Translations under genes and position numbers: made by a program
Shown here: positions 12,998 through 25,523 of the stretch, one piece after another
Position numbering within the stretch: position 1 is the first letter of the stretch
Layout of the letters: every line of letters starts with the position of its first letter
The notes under the pieces: model-generated
Databases searched by the model: none
Told to the model about the DNA's origin: nothing
Seen by the model: only the letters and a program-made list of their open reading frames with translations
NCBI GenBank assembly: GCA_052426225.1
Contig: JBNJNM010000010.1
Location: forward strand, 248,001 to 312,000
Reading direction: 5' to 3'
DNA from: Zancudomyces culisetae HAW-14-8
Taxonomy: Eukaryota > Fungi > Kickxellomycota
Length of the DNA: 64,000 bases

Positions 12998-13857
12998 TCG
13001 CTTGAAATCACTCTCCAATTTCCTTCAATTCTCTCTCATATCTCTTACCTACATTTTTTCTTTTTTATTCTTTATCTAATGTTTTTTTATCTTGCCTTGA
13101 TTATAGTTGAGCTTATTATTTCCCTAATTATTACTCAATCATTTATAGACATTAACATTGGATAGTCTAAAATAAAGATAATTAAATGATGAAAACACAA
13201 ATAAAAGCATCACTAAAAATGTAAAATTTATAGAACACACTAAACGTCTATGGATCGCCTCAATGTTCAAACATATGCTATATTGGTAAAGGTTGATGGT
13301 TTTGACTAAGAGTGCTTTTTTTGGTAGCAGCCGATTTTTCTCTTGACCATTGAACCCGTCTTTATTAGCCGATATATACACTTTGGAATGTAAAATAAAT
13401 ATGGACATATAAAAGGAGCCGGATTAGCATAGTGATAAGCATTCTCCGTATTCCAATTGTGAAAATTGGTAGTAGCTCAAAAATTAGGTTCACCCAGCCG
13501 ATTTTAGCGTTATACACCCATAAAAAAACGAAGTTGTGCTTTTAAAAAATATCTTTCACACAAGACCCGTAGTATAGCCAATAAAAAGGGTAAAATGATA
13601 TGGGTATAACAAAAAAAGTGGTGCCACTCTCTCTGAGATAGATGTGTGCATTTGTATGCATATTAAATGTCATCTATAACTATGGCTAGAGGTAGATGTA
13701 TTGGTGCGCTTCATTACATTATTATTTACATCTATATTTAGATACTTTGTTTATTTAGTAAATCAGAGTCCAATAGGTATCCACTTCTCCAAAATTCACT
13801 GTCTCTACAAAACGGCTGCTGTCTCTTGATCATAAATATTTTTATTTTGGTAGCCGT

Positions 13858-13910
13858 GATAAATAATAAATAATAAATAATAAATGATAAATAATAAATA
13901 ATAAATAATA
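13858..13910. repeat. Heptamer microsatellite (AAATAAT)n, about 7 copies
   Basis: aaataataaataataaataataaatgataaataataaataataaataata. Confidence 0.85.
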
Positions 13911-15915
13911 GTGATGTGTAAAAATAGAGCCCTCTCCCTCTCGCTCTCCCCTTTATCTTGTGACATTAAACATTATTGTGTAAATTGTTTATTCAGATGG
14001 CTACATAAAAATCACATTGATGGGTAACTCCAGATAAAGAGATTTGTATCAAACCAGAGGTATGATTAAGAAATTGCGACAGTTTTTACATTAATATTAT
14101 ATGTACGCTGTACACGCCTTACTTTCCCATTCACACAGTTTATACGCGAAGTGTTACGATTCGCGTCTTTTCTAAACTAGATTTTTCCGTCTATTTTTAT
14201 CCACTTTTTTATTCAAAAAAGTGCTGAATAAAAGTAATCACTATTATTGAATAGCGTGACAAAAATTGCAAATCATAAAAAAAAGATGAACATTTCACAA
14301 ACAAAAACCGCGGCAAGATGTTAGGGATCCAAAATCAAACTAACACCCAATGTTTACAATCACTGAAAGCCTGGGACTCACCACCAGTTTGCTGCTTTTT
14401 TTACTGTGTTTATTGGCCTTGAAAAGATATGTACCTCTTGGTGGGTGATAGGAACCAAGTAGGTTTCAGTACTTTAAGCGAAGCATACTAGGCCATGGTT
14501 GTATATACAGTCTATCAAAGTGCCTTCGCAGGGATATTCTGTATAATTTCACGATACTGTGGCATCGGGCTTGTGTTTATGCAGACGCCGGTTTTAGTTT
14601 CAAATTTGCTTGTTCACCAAATAACATTAGGGAGCATGACGATCTCTGATGCGATTAGAGGTCGACCAAGACCCGCACGCTAAAATAAAGACAGTGCTGA
14701 TGGTCAAGTCTGGAACTAAAAGAGATTTAGCGCTACTTTTTGCCATTCATTTCCAAATCCTTGTATTTCAAAAATATAATTGAAATTGTATATGCAAAGA
14801 CAATTTCGATTTTCCAAGACGGAGTTCAGAGTATTTTTGCAACACAATAAAGGGGGAAAAAAGCGGACCAACCATGTGATTTTTCTACAACAATGAGGAA
14901 AATCTTATGGATATTGAAGTTCACATGGGTTAATTTAGCATTTTCAATTACTTTGCAACAAACAAAGGCAAATGAGATGGATGGTTGAGGCGGATAATTT
15001 AGACATTTCGCGCAAAAACCAGAGGCAGAAAAATCAGTTAAATCTGAAAAAGGCAATCAAAGGCAAGAACATGAGAGGCAGTGGGGGCTAAAATATATGT
15101 ACACACCCCCATCTCCATTAAAACATTTAAAATAAGCACAATGTTTTAAAAAATTGATTTATATAAAACATTCGTGTAAAATTGCAGCATTATTTTCGAG
15201 CTTTTTTTTTCCAAAGTGTTGGCAATGCTGAAAGTCTAAAATAAAGAAACAATTTTTAGCAATTAGACCAAAAAGGCGGACAAATAAAAAGCATTCAAGA
15301 AAAAACTAAGTATGCTGGATCGCAGGTTTTTTAAGGTTCATCATATCTGCTGAGGGACCATATTTTTTTTTGAAAAAGTTTTATCAGTTTATATGGATGT
15401 TTATGAAAGAATACTAACACCATAAAAGCTATTTATGAAGTATACCAATAAATCCATTTTTAGTAAAAGTAAAAAATATTAGGGCATAGGAAAAAGGAAA
15501 AAGGAAAAAGATAGATAATAAAGCAACCTGGTATGTAAGCTTTTACTTTCCTTCACTAGAAATCAAAAACAAGCGAATAAGAAGGATATAGCGGGGAGAC
15601 TTACAGACAAGAATCAAAAGTGGAATATCGTATTTCCCAACTCATTGAAAGGTACTGATTGCAACTTTTTGGCGAGGCTTAAAAAAAAGGGGAGAGTTGT
15701 GGATAGATGCTACATCGGAAAAAGACACAGTAAAAGCAACATTGAAAAAGAATCATACTTTTTTTTTGCATACTTACCAACTATACACCAACCTGTAAAG
15801 TAGTCGGAGCTATTAACCTGTTTGATTATATCAAAACCTCCTCTTTTTATTTAGAAAGTTCAATTCCAGATTTATTTTGCTGGAATTAGGAGTAGGTGGA
15901 TAAAACTACGATAGA

Positions 15916-18900
15916 ATGAACGAATATTTAATTGGAATTGCAGAAGCAGCTAGGGATAAAGGGGGTATGGATATGAGAGCTCACAGCGTAGATTTTCGGG
16001 GAAAATCTACGGAAATCGAGTCCATCCGGGGTGAAGAGAATAAACCTGCAAAAAACACTAGAGAGGATGAGATGAACTTTGAATCCGAAAAATTGAGAGA
16101 TGATATGCAAAGATTGAACATATGCTATGTAGACAAAGCTGGGGACAGCAATGTTAGCGTCTATGAGGGTCTCGAAATGGGGCACGACAGAAAAATGGCG
16201 CATAACAAGAGTGGTCCGGGAGTAAAAAACTATAGTAGAGTTGGAAACAGCAGAGTACTTGATTTTGTAGAGAAAGTAACGGATATAGCTAGCATTAGCG
16301 GAGGGGAGGGGAGTGGCAGTGAAGTAAATAGTACTAGTAGGAGTGGTGGGAGAAATACTATAGGTAGGCACGTACTTAGCAGTGGTGATAGTATAAGAAG
16401 AGAGCAAAGTGTTTCACCAAGGAACGTACAGGAGCTAATACTAAATTATGAACACATAATTGAGGGGAGCAAAAGTGGGTCACAGACAGGAAACAGCCCA
16501 CCGAGCATGATGCTTCCAAGGAAAAAACAGTTTGACCGAGATCGGGCATTCAAAGCTTTATCGATGGTCGGGCCAGAAACGACTGTAAGGTATACTGCAT
16601 CAGAATTTACGCCAACAGCGCCACAAAAGCGACAGCAAGCGAGGACGCTTTTGGGTGAGACGTTGGAGGAACAATTAAGAAGGGGTGGTGATAGAAGGAG
16701 AGGAATGAGAGGGAATATGGGCGTGGGAGCGGATGCGAACATAAACGTGGGTAACCATCCCCATCGAATTACAGTGTATGAAATTGATGAAATGCGGAGA
16801 CAATATCAAAAAGAAACAAAAGAACAGCAGATAGGGACAAGGATGAGAAGGAATACCAACGCCTGCAATGATAGAAGCGTTAATGGAGACTGGAGTGGTG
16901 GTAACAGAGGTAACAATAATGTGAGTAGGAATTGGAATCGGCACTCGATGGTCTTAGGGGAAGGTATAATGGACAAGAAACATTTCGATGTCCAGCGTGA
17001 GACACACTGTCGGGAAACAAGCTATTTATGGGATGAGGGATTGGAGAATTGGAGTGGAGCGGATTTTACAAGAGATCCAAGCCGAAAAAGAGAAAGTACT
17101 AGGAATGGGTTAGTGGATTCTGGATTAACAAGAATCAATAGAGGAAACTTTAGTGGGGCACAAAGAGGGGGAGCCGTGGAACCTTTAAGGAGCTCGGACA
17201 TGTCTGTTTCTGGAAAGGTGTTTGAAACCAACACTTCAGCAAAAAATACACCAACAGCAACCCCAGTAACAGCAACAGCACCAGCAATAGGAGCGGGAAC
17301 ACGAGTACCATCAGGTAGACAGGGCAGAAGGGATAGCATTATGGTGCGCACAATGTCATATCAGTTGCCGGATTTGCGTGAACAAGAACATACAATCACC
17401 TATGGAAACGAGACACAAGAGAACCACGAGCATGTGATAGCAAGCAGAGAGGAAAACCGTAAATTACAAAAGTTGGTTAACGAAAACATGAATCTCCGCA
17501 TCCAAAACAACAAGTTATCGGAGTATCTAAATCGGGTTACGGATGGGGAACTCGGAATGGTTATGGAAGAAATGAATCGAGTTGCCTCAAGTAATGCAGT
17601 GGCTAATCGAGAGATGAACCAGTTGAACATACAGCTTAATGAATACAAAACGCAGCTACGGGACTTGAAAATGCAGCTTTCAGCCCATTTGGAGGATGAT
17701 CGAATCAAGAGTAAACAGGCTGCGCGTGAAAAGGAGCGGATACTTGCTATGCTCAGCGAATCAGAAAGGCGCGTAAAGGATCTGAGCGCAGAGCTTTCAG
17801 GGCACGATGATTACATCAAGGCCCTTCAGCGAGAAAATGAAACTCTGCAGCAATTGTGTGAGCAGCTCCAACATGACTCGATCGAGGAGAGGTCTAACGC
17901 AGAAAAATGGATGCAGCTTGCACGGATAAAAGGCTTCGACAATACAAAGCGACAATTAGCGGAAGTTGATGAGTCTAGTGCGACCAGTGCTGATAAGAAA
18001 AATAGGTATCGAGAGAGTATGGCTACTTCGTCTTCAATAACTACAACAATAATTCCTTCATCCACAGCTGATGGGAATTACAAAAATACAAAGGGATCAA
18101 AAGATGCAGCTGTACAGAAGGATTTAGCACTGGCCCTTAAGTTGGCTGAGCAACAGAGAAATTTGGCACACGAGGAATACGCTTTGGCAGTTCAAAGGTA
18201 CGAAGCTGAAATTTGTAACTACCAAGACAGACTAAAATTTTATCAGGATAGGGCAACTGAATTGGAGGCTAAGGTCAACAAACTTGAGTCTTTTATTGTT
18301 GACTCGAGCTTTGACTACAACAAAGACACCAACAGCATTAAGCACAACGACGATTCGGAACTCGTTGATCTTTTAAAACAAAAGTTAGAGTTGGCTGAAA
18401 AAGAATCCAAGTTTAAAGATCGTCAACTTGATCAGCTGAAGCTGCGTCTTTCAACTTTATCTAGTATAGCTTCTCCTTCACGAAACACCCTCACTCCTGT
18501 TTATCAAAAGCAACAACAACAACAACAACAACAACAATTCCTCCCAGATTCACCTTGGTCATCAGTATACAATAAAAACGTCACAGTTGGTGTGGGTATA
18601 GGTACCAGCACTAGTAATAGTAACAGCAACACCTCCAACCCCTTTATTACTCACAACCCTGACATCACCAATGCCAGAAATGATCACACTGCTAGTGGTT
18701 CCAATGAAAATAATAACAAAAATAATGCTGGTAATATTGGTGATATCGATAATACGGACTTAATAGCAGCTAGACTCAATTTACTTGGAGAGAAGTCGCT
18801 TCAACATAAGCAAAAAGCTCCTATACTTGTTTTAAATGCTACTGAAATGGATAATAAAAAGGATATCATTATCAATGAAGAGTTTGACGACAACCAAAAC

Positions 18901-19098
18901 GGCGATTTTGACATCGCCAACCAGCCAACACAGCGTCAGCATCAGCCGCCACCACCGTCTATTGATGATGTAGACAACAGTATTGCTACACCAACCGCAG
19001 CCAACGGTGCACAATATTGTATTGTAAAAAGTCGTAAGGACGGAACTCCAGTTGTGGCCGATTTGAAAAACTCGAGTATTTTTACCCAGCTATTTTGA
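15916..19098 (+). CDS. Large coiled-coil protein with a degenerate centrosomin motif 1 (Mto1/ApsB/Pcp1-like gamma-tubulin complex receptor)
   Basis: 1060-aa ORF. SREENRKLQKLVNENMNLRIQNNKLSEYL resembles the CM1 pattern (LREQ..I..L.KENFNLKL.I..LEE.L) and is followed by long heptad segments and a poly-Q tract. The ORF is certain; the function is tentative. Confidence 0.55.
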   Translation: MNEYLIGIAEAARDKGGMDMRAHSVDFRGKSTEIESIRGEENKPAKNTREDEMNFESEKLRDDMQRLNICYVDKAGDSNVSVYEGLEMGHDRKMAHNKSGPGVKNYSRVGNSRVLDFVEKVTDIASISGGEGSGSEVNSTSRSGGRNTIGRHVLSSGDSIRREQSVSPRNVQELILNYEHIIEGSKSGSQTGNSPPSMMLPRKKQFDRDRAFKALSMVGPETTVRYTASEFTPTAPQKRQQARTLLGETLEEQLRRGGDRRRGMRGNMGVGADANINVGNHPHRITVYEIDEMRRQYQKETKEQQIGTRMRRNTNACNDRSVNGDWSGGNRGNNNVSRNWNRHSMVLGEGIMDKKHFDVQRETHCRETSYLWDEGLENWSGADFTRDPSRKRESTRNGLVDSGLTRINRGNFSGAQRGGAVEPLRSSDMSVSGKVFETNTSAKNTPTATPVTATAPAIGAGTRVPSGRQGRRDSIMVRTMSYQLPDLREQEHTITYGNETQENHEHVIASREENRKLQKLVNENMNLRIQNNKLSEYLNRVTDGELGMVMEEMNRVASSNAVANREMNQLNIQLNEYKTQLRDLKMQLSAHLEDDRIKSKQAAREKERILAMLSESERRVKDLSAELSGHDDYIKALQRENETLQQLCEQLQHDSIEERSNAEKWMQLARIKGFDNTKRQLAEVDESSATSADKKNRYRESMATSSSITTTIIPSSTADGNYKNTKGSKDAAVQKDLALALKLAEQQRNLAHEEYALAVQRYEAEICNYQDRLKFYQDRATELEAKVNKLESFIVDSSFDYNKDTNSIKHNDDSELVDLLKQKLELAEKESKFKDRQLDQLKLRLSTLSSIASPSRNTLTPVYQKQQQQQQQQQFLPDSPWSSVYNKNVTVGVGIGTSTSNSNSNTSNPFITHNPDITNARNDHTASGSNENNNKNNAGNIGDIDNTDLIAARLNLLGEKSLQHKQKAPILVLNATEMDNKKDIIINEEFDDNQNGDFDIANQPTQRQHQPPPPSIDDVDNSIATPTAANGAQYCIVKSRKDGTPVVADLKNSSIFTQLF

Positions 19099-20096
19099 GT
19101 ACTGACTTTTCATTTGTATTTTCTGAATGTACTAGTGTGTTTATATGTATTATTTTTTTTAAGTAAAGATGGAAAATCGATTCAAGTTCTAAATTTCCGG
19201 GAAGAAAGGCCAGGATTACTGTGCTAATTAAAACCGAGTGGTCATTCAGGGAAAAAAGTAATGTGTTAATATCACGGCATCATGAGTAATTGTTGTTCTA
19301 GACGAATCTGCAAAAGTGAATATTTTAGTACACCGTACTTTGGAAAGGCAAGGAAAATAAATGGTCAAAGATGAAAAACCAGAACTATTTCCCAGTGTGG
19401 TGAGGGTGGAGTGGGGGGGGAGGGTGAGGGGTAGGGAAATTCTTTCGACTATGATGTAGAGTTGGTTGTTGACTTTATAAAACCTCGCCCTAGAATTTTT
19501 ATTGAAAAGGGGGTGGGGGAGTATATTAAGAAGAGTTCTAGCTACCAGTCATTTAAAACGGAGAGGTAAAACAAAACGTTTGAATGGTAAGGAAGTAGGG
19601 TTGAAATATAATACGCTTTTTACTTTATCAATAAAGACTATTATGGATAGTGAAAATAAATGCTCTTCTAAGGTGCGCAAAGTCGCACTCATTTACTTAT
19701 TTGCTCACTTTCCACACTTATGCTGTGAACAGAGGAGCAGGAAATATACTTGCGCAAAGAAAAAAGAACATTATAAATTTGGGAAACGTAATTTGAAGTT
19801 ATTCGCACAAAAATAAATGTAAAAGTAAAGGCAAAAAAAATAAAATCCACAACCAAGCTTTCCTGATAACAATGGCTTAAAAAAAGAACAAAAAACATTG
19901 TGAAAATTAATTTTGAATTAAGGTCCAGTTTTCGCCCAAGAACAATACCCAATTATTGATTTGCAGTTAGTTAATAAAGACCGAACTAAAAATAAATTAG
20001 GCAATAGGTAAAGTATTAAGCTCCAAAAGGTCTATAAAAGTGTAAATACTAAATTACAGCCGAAAAGCCAAATTCGATAAGCTTCAGAATAGGGAA

Positions 20097-21789
20097 ATGA
20101 CTGACCTGGCAATCAAAAGAACACTGCTGGAGCTTCAGCGTCGCGAAGCAAACAAAACATGCATGGACTGCGGATCCCCAAATCCCCAGTGGGCCTCCGT
20201 GACCCTTGGCACTTTCTTTTGTCTAAATTGCTCTGGAATGCATCGAGGATTGGGCGTGCATCTAAGGTATTTACCATCACGTTATTATTATAAGCAGTGT
20301 TCAAAAAGTAAAACGTGAATTAAACTAAAATAGTTTTGTGAGATCGATTACTATGGATAAATGGACAAGTGAGCAAGTTAAAAGGATGGAGGTACTCAAA
20401 ATTCTGTTTTATTATATTGTTTTTTTTGTTTTATACCCTACTTTTATGTCAAAATAAGACGAAGGGTATCCGTAAGATTGTGGGGAGGAAGGGAGAAAAG
20501 GAACAAACAAGCTAAAGCCCTTGAATTTAATATAAATCGTTTTAGCTCGGAGGAAATAAAAAGGCTTTGGAGTTTTTCCAATCACAACCTGACTATAGAG
20601 AAGGGATGTCAATTAAAGAAAAGTATACCAGTAGATTTGCAGATTTATGGAGACAAAAGGTAAATACGGGCTCTCCAGTACCATAACACCATCATTTGTA
20701 TTCGTTTGTCTATTACCACCTTCAAGTAGTGGGGTAACGTACTTTTGTAATTGAAAATAGCTAACGGCCGAATGCGAGGGTCGATCGTGGACAGCTCCAC
20801 CACAGTCAGTTAGTCCTATGTCATCACGGCCGGGAACACCAAATTATTCGACAGGGGCAAGGCGAGCAACAGCATTGGGAGCTACTACAACGGGAACCAC
20901 GGCAATGGGAGGAATGTCGGGCTCAGCAAGAGGATATGGAAGCAAACCAACGATCCCACATCGGGGAATCAATGATTCCTCACTGCACCGGTCGAATTCG
21001 AGCCCAGGTGTAGGGATGGTGGGAATAGGAGAGAGCGGCGATGATTATGGTCGTGAGGAAGGGGTTGTGAAAACTAACAAGGAGATCAGGGAGGACTACT
21101 TTAGTCGGTTGGGAAAACTCAACCAAGAAAGACGGGAGGACCTTCCACCAAGCCAAGGAGGAAGATATACAGGATTCGGGAGTGGTGGACAATTCAACAG
21201 TAGCGGCAGCGGTAGCAGTGGTAACGGTAGTGGAGGGAGATTTGATCCAAAAGAAATAGTAGAGGATCCAGGAGCAGCACTCTCAAAAGGATGGTCGATG
21301 TTAACTATGGGAGCAATGTCTGCAATGGACACTTTGGGGAGCATGGCAGGTACACTGAACCAAAACTATATTAAGCCAGCAACAGAAAAAGTGCTGGATC
21401 CAGAATTCAGGACAGGCGTTGTCGGATACGTATCTGAAATTGGCAAAAAGGTAACTCATTCATGCACTTATTTAATCTGTCTGCTCACTTATTCTGAGAG
21501 ATGGCTGAATTTAACATTACTGCAAATTGAATAGGTTGAGGAGCAAGCAAACAAGGGATTCCATGAAATATCTAGAATTGCCAGGCCCTATCAAGGCTAC
21601 TCTAACTATCCAGATGCTCACGGTAGTGGTAACACTAACACTGGCGGATATGGAAATGCTGATTCTTTTGGTTCAAACACCAATACAAGCTCTAGTGCAA
21701 ATAGAAATGCGAACACGAATAGTAGCAATAATAACAACAAGGGCGGCGAGAAGAAAAGCGACTGGGATGATGAATGGGATAATTTTTAG
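20097..21789 (+). CDS. GCS1: ADP-ribosylation factor GAP (Gcs1/ArfGAP1), 5 exons (20097-20266, 20334-20391, 20546-20659, 20761-21450, 21535-21789)
   Basis: CxxC-x16-CxxC zinc finger (CMDC...[26 protein letters not shown]), [14 protein letters not shown], an ALPS-like LSKGWSML segment and a C-terminal WDDEWDNF. Confidence 0.95.
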
Positions 21790-21984
21790 TCTTATCTATA
21801 TCCTTTCCTTTATGTGTTTTGTTTTTTAGTCGTTTTTTTTTTTGCTGGTAAAAGGTTTGTTGTGTTGAACAAGAAAAGATCAAGTTTTAATGGTAGATTC
21901 GTTTGAAAAGTTTAAAAATAGAAAATAAACGAAGAAAAAAAAAGCATAGCAAATTATTATTGGGTAAGAAGCTGTCGTAGCAAA

Positions 21985-23868
21985 CTAAGAAATCGGAGGT
22001 AAGTCTTGGTCAGTAACAGGGCGGATGCATTCAGCCGACCAATCCGTGTATGTGGTGGTCACAGGGCCCAGCTGATTGAAAAACGCACTCAACGTACACA
22101 TGCTGGGGCCCATAGCATCGTGGTGCTGGCCCTTAGGTGTACATTTGGGTAGCACTACAGGGTTGCCATTGTATAGTACCCGTACGTAGTATCCATTGGT
22201 ATTTATATCCTTTGGAATTACCGATGGCCATTCCTCAGCACTACTTTTGGCATTATCAGTGTTGCTGGGTTTCGTGCCATTGTCTTTAAACAGCTCGAGT
22301 GACATATAGTCGCCAAAGCCTGGCCAAAACAATTTGTGTCCGTCAAAATATCCTTCTTTGTTGATATTATTCCCATTTGGATTTTGCGGATCATAGATTT
22401 TGTACGCATTCATAGCAGCAAGTAGGACAGACAACGTAGTATCATGTCCACTGAAAATGCTGAGTTTATGTGGAAGTTTATATGGCCAGTGCTTTCGAGC
22501 CTCGCTTGTTGTCGTTTTATTTTCACCATCCTTATTATTTTCTTCTTGTGGACTATTTGTGACAGAGCTGGTCAAATTTTCAATAATTTCTAGCAAAAGA
22601 GGTGTAGCTTGCAATCTGGCTAGTTTTGGTGAAATAAGCCCTCCATACACCCATTGTTTGGCTGCCAAGTCCCCCAACTTCTTGACATTCACAACATCCT
22701 CCTCTTTCATCGGCGGTTCATTATTATCCATTGCGTTTTTATTATTGCGTATATACTCTTGTTCATCAGATACTATTTCTTTTGGCACTGTGACGTTGTG
22801 TGCTTTCATTGAAACCAATGTGTCGAAAATCACATGCATGGGTGCTAGATAATACTTGTTCCGCATAACTGCCTTTACATCATCTCCAATTTCGTTCACT
22901 TTATACAATACCTCCAACTCGTTGTCAATTTCTTGCGAAAAATGGTGTTTACTAACAAATGTAATCATTTTCCCCAGCATATCTCCCATCGCTTTGCAAT
23001 TAAAGTTCAAGTATAAAGTTTCCTCCTTTGATGGTCGCACTCTAACTTTTATCCTCTCGGATTCACCTCCTTTATCCCCTGCATTCTCCCCAGATACCGG
23101 ATATAGTCCCGTTACGACCTGGTGAACCGATTCCAATGCTCTTGAGTAGTCTGTTGAACGAACATACAAATCTGAACTCCCCAGTTCACTTCTATTTTTC
23201 GGCAAAATTCCTAATTTTTCCACATACACCGTTCGCAAGTAATTACCCACTTCATACATGCTTTTCCATCCCACATCACTCAATTGTCCCCATCCACATG
23301 AATTCATATTTGCTCTTGAAAAATACTCTTCTTCACTTTCTTCGTGTATTACCTTGTTAATGGACCCCCCTCCCCCTTCCATTTTTTTCTCATCCTTCTT
23401 TTTTTGTTCATCCGGAGGAGGTGTTGCTTTGTCTGGAAATATCCTCCCTTTACGTTTGATTTTCCAGTATTCATCGGAAACGTTCGAGTCGCTGTTCCTA
23501 TGCGACAAATCCAGTGGTGTTGTACTTCCCGGTGAATTACTGTCTATTTCTGCTCTAAGACGGTTTCTAAACTGTTCGTGGAACAGATTTGCATGCCTAC
23601 AAAAATCCCAGTATTTGGGTGATATTTCTGGGAACCGTCTGGCTATTGGCGTGCGCTCCCCTAATTTAGATTTTTACAATCTGCCATTAGTATTTTATCG
23701 TCGTATAAATTCCCATCGGCGTAGTTGGTATTACGCAGGATAAAAAGTCTTACCATGTCGGTGAAAAACTAGGACTTGTGATAATGTTAAATCCTTTGGG
23801 TACATCTCTTTGAAGTACTGTGCGTTTAATTCCGCACGCCCCTTGCCTGTATAGTCATACTTGTTCAT
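21985..23868 (-). CDS. Histidine acid phosphatase (clade 2), 2 exons (23868-23754, 23660-21985)
   Basis: The catalytic RHGERTP motif is split by the intron. GQLS, VRSTDYSRALES and FSGHDTT (HD motif) are present. Confidence 0.92.
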
Positions 23869-25523
23869 TTTTTTTTAGTCTTTTCTTCTTGGTAATTATG
23901 AGTATATATCGTATTTTGTGAAATATATACTCTAATATCCCCAGCTTGTGTGTTTCGATAAATCCGAAAATTTTCAAACTTATAATGTTTCAAATAAAAC
24001 GCAAATTACATGTTGACAGACAGATGGGACTGGTCAGTATGACAGGAATGCACTTGAAACTATAATTTATTTGTTTTTTATATTACGAACTAATGAGCAG
24101 TTAAGCTGAATTTAAATTCACGTTTCGTTTTTGTGATTTGTGTAATCCACGATTTGTCAAGCAGGATTAGAACCCGGCTTTCCAACAACACAATTTCAGC
24201 CTACAAAATAAAAAAAAAAGATTACAAAGAAAGGAAAATCTAGGTTCATTGCTCTTGTCACATATTGCTCAAACTTCAACATGAAATGCTGATATCAAAA
24301 ACAATACAATTAGCAAAGATGGTATCGGGATGCATCTAAAAATCCTATTTTAAAACGGCTTTAACCAATAACCTCAGTAAAAATCTCCATTTATGTCGCC
24401 ATCATCACACCTATAATTCGGTTTTCTAGGGCCTATTTGCATTGTTTCCTTGCTACGTATGATAACAAAAAGTACTATAATATCACAATAATTAACACCA
24501 GGATATCCTCTCTAGCAACTCCGGGTATTACATAGACTGTTGCAAGCGATGTAATAACTAGACCAACTCATAAAATTCTTCTAATCTCTACTTTATGATC
24601 TACCTCTGGCTTTATCATTGATAATAGTGAACCTGATAATGTAATATAATTAGAAAGGCAGAAAAAAAGAAGAGCGAGTAGAATTTGTATATTAACCACA
24701 CCTTTATTATTTGTTAGTTTTAGTATTTTAGTGCTTTTTTTTCAAGAGTACACGGGGGATACATGTATAAAGACGCTGGAACAAAAAATTAGAGTACTAA
24801 AATAATCCGGGGTACAGGATAAGGAGGGGAGAAGGGGAGGGGAGAGAGAGAGAGTAGAGAACTGAAGAGACACATAACAAAATATCATAATTTAATTTTT
24901 GCACAGCATGAAGTTTATAATTTGCTCCCTACTTGAAAGCTGTAGTGCTTAGGTCTTTACTTATACTTTGGGAAATATTTGGGGGACTTGGAAACACAAT
25001 GCGCCTGAGTACTAACCTCTATTTTTTTTGGTTATATGTTTTTAAAACTTCCTTAAAAAAAAATAGAGACAAGAAAGCTATTGCAAAAGGCCAAAGATAT
25101 ATGTATTTTTGTGGTACTTTCCATGTTGGTATTCCCAAGTACATTAAATGATAAAGGGTTGTAAAGAAATACCCTTGATATACTGCTACTACTATTTTGT
25201 GGATAAATTATTGTGATGTATTTGGTTTGTGATGTATTGCATTGTTTTTATATTTTTATATTTTTATATTTTTTGCTTTTGAACTCACCTGACTGTATAT
25301 TGTGCTAGTCAGGCATAAAAAAAGAAAAGACTTAATTTAATGTGGTCAGGTTTTGCATCATTGATTTCTTAATCGATTTTTGAGATTAAAATACACCTAA
25401 AAAAAAATTTTTTTTTGCAAAAAGCAATTAATTTGATTTGCTTTGTTAATCAAACCTCAAAACCAAGCACACCTGCTTAAACGAAAATAATTAAGATAGA
25501 CATAAAATACAATCACGATACAA

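Noticed and set aside
14636-14668. ATGA...GA hairpin as a possible SECIS element (some early-diverging fungi use selenocysteine)
   Set aside because: The quartet is out of register, there is no apical AA motif, and no nearby gene has an in-frame TGA.
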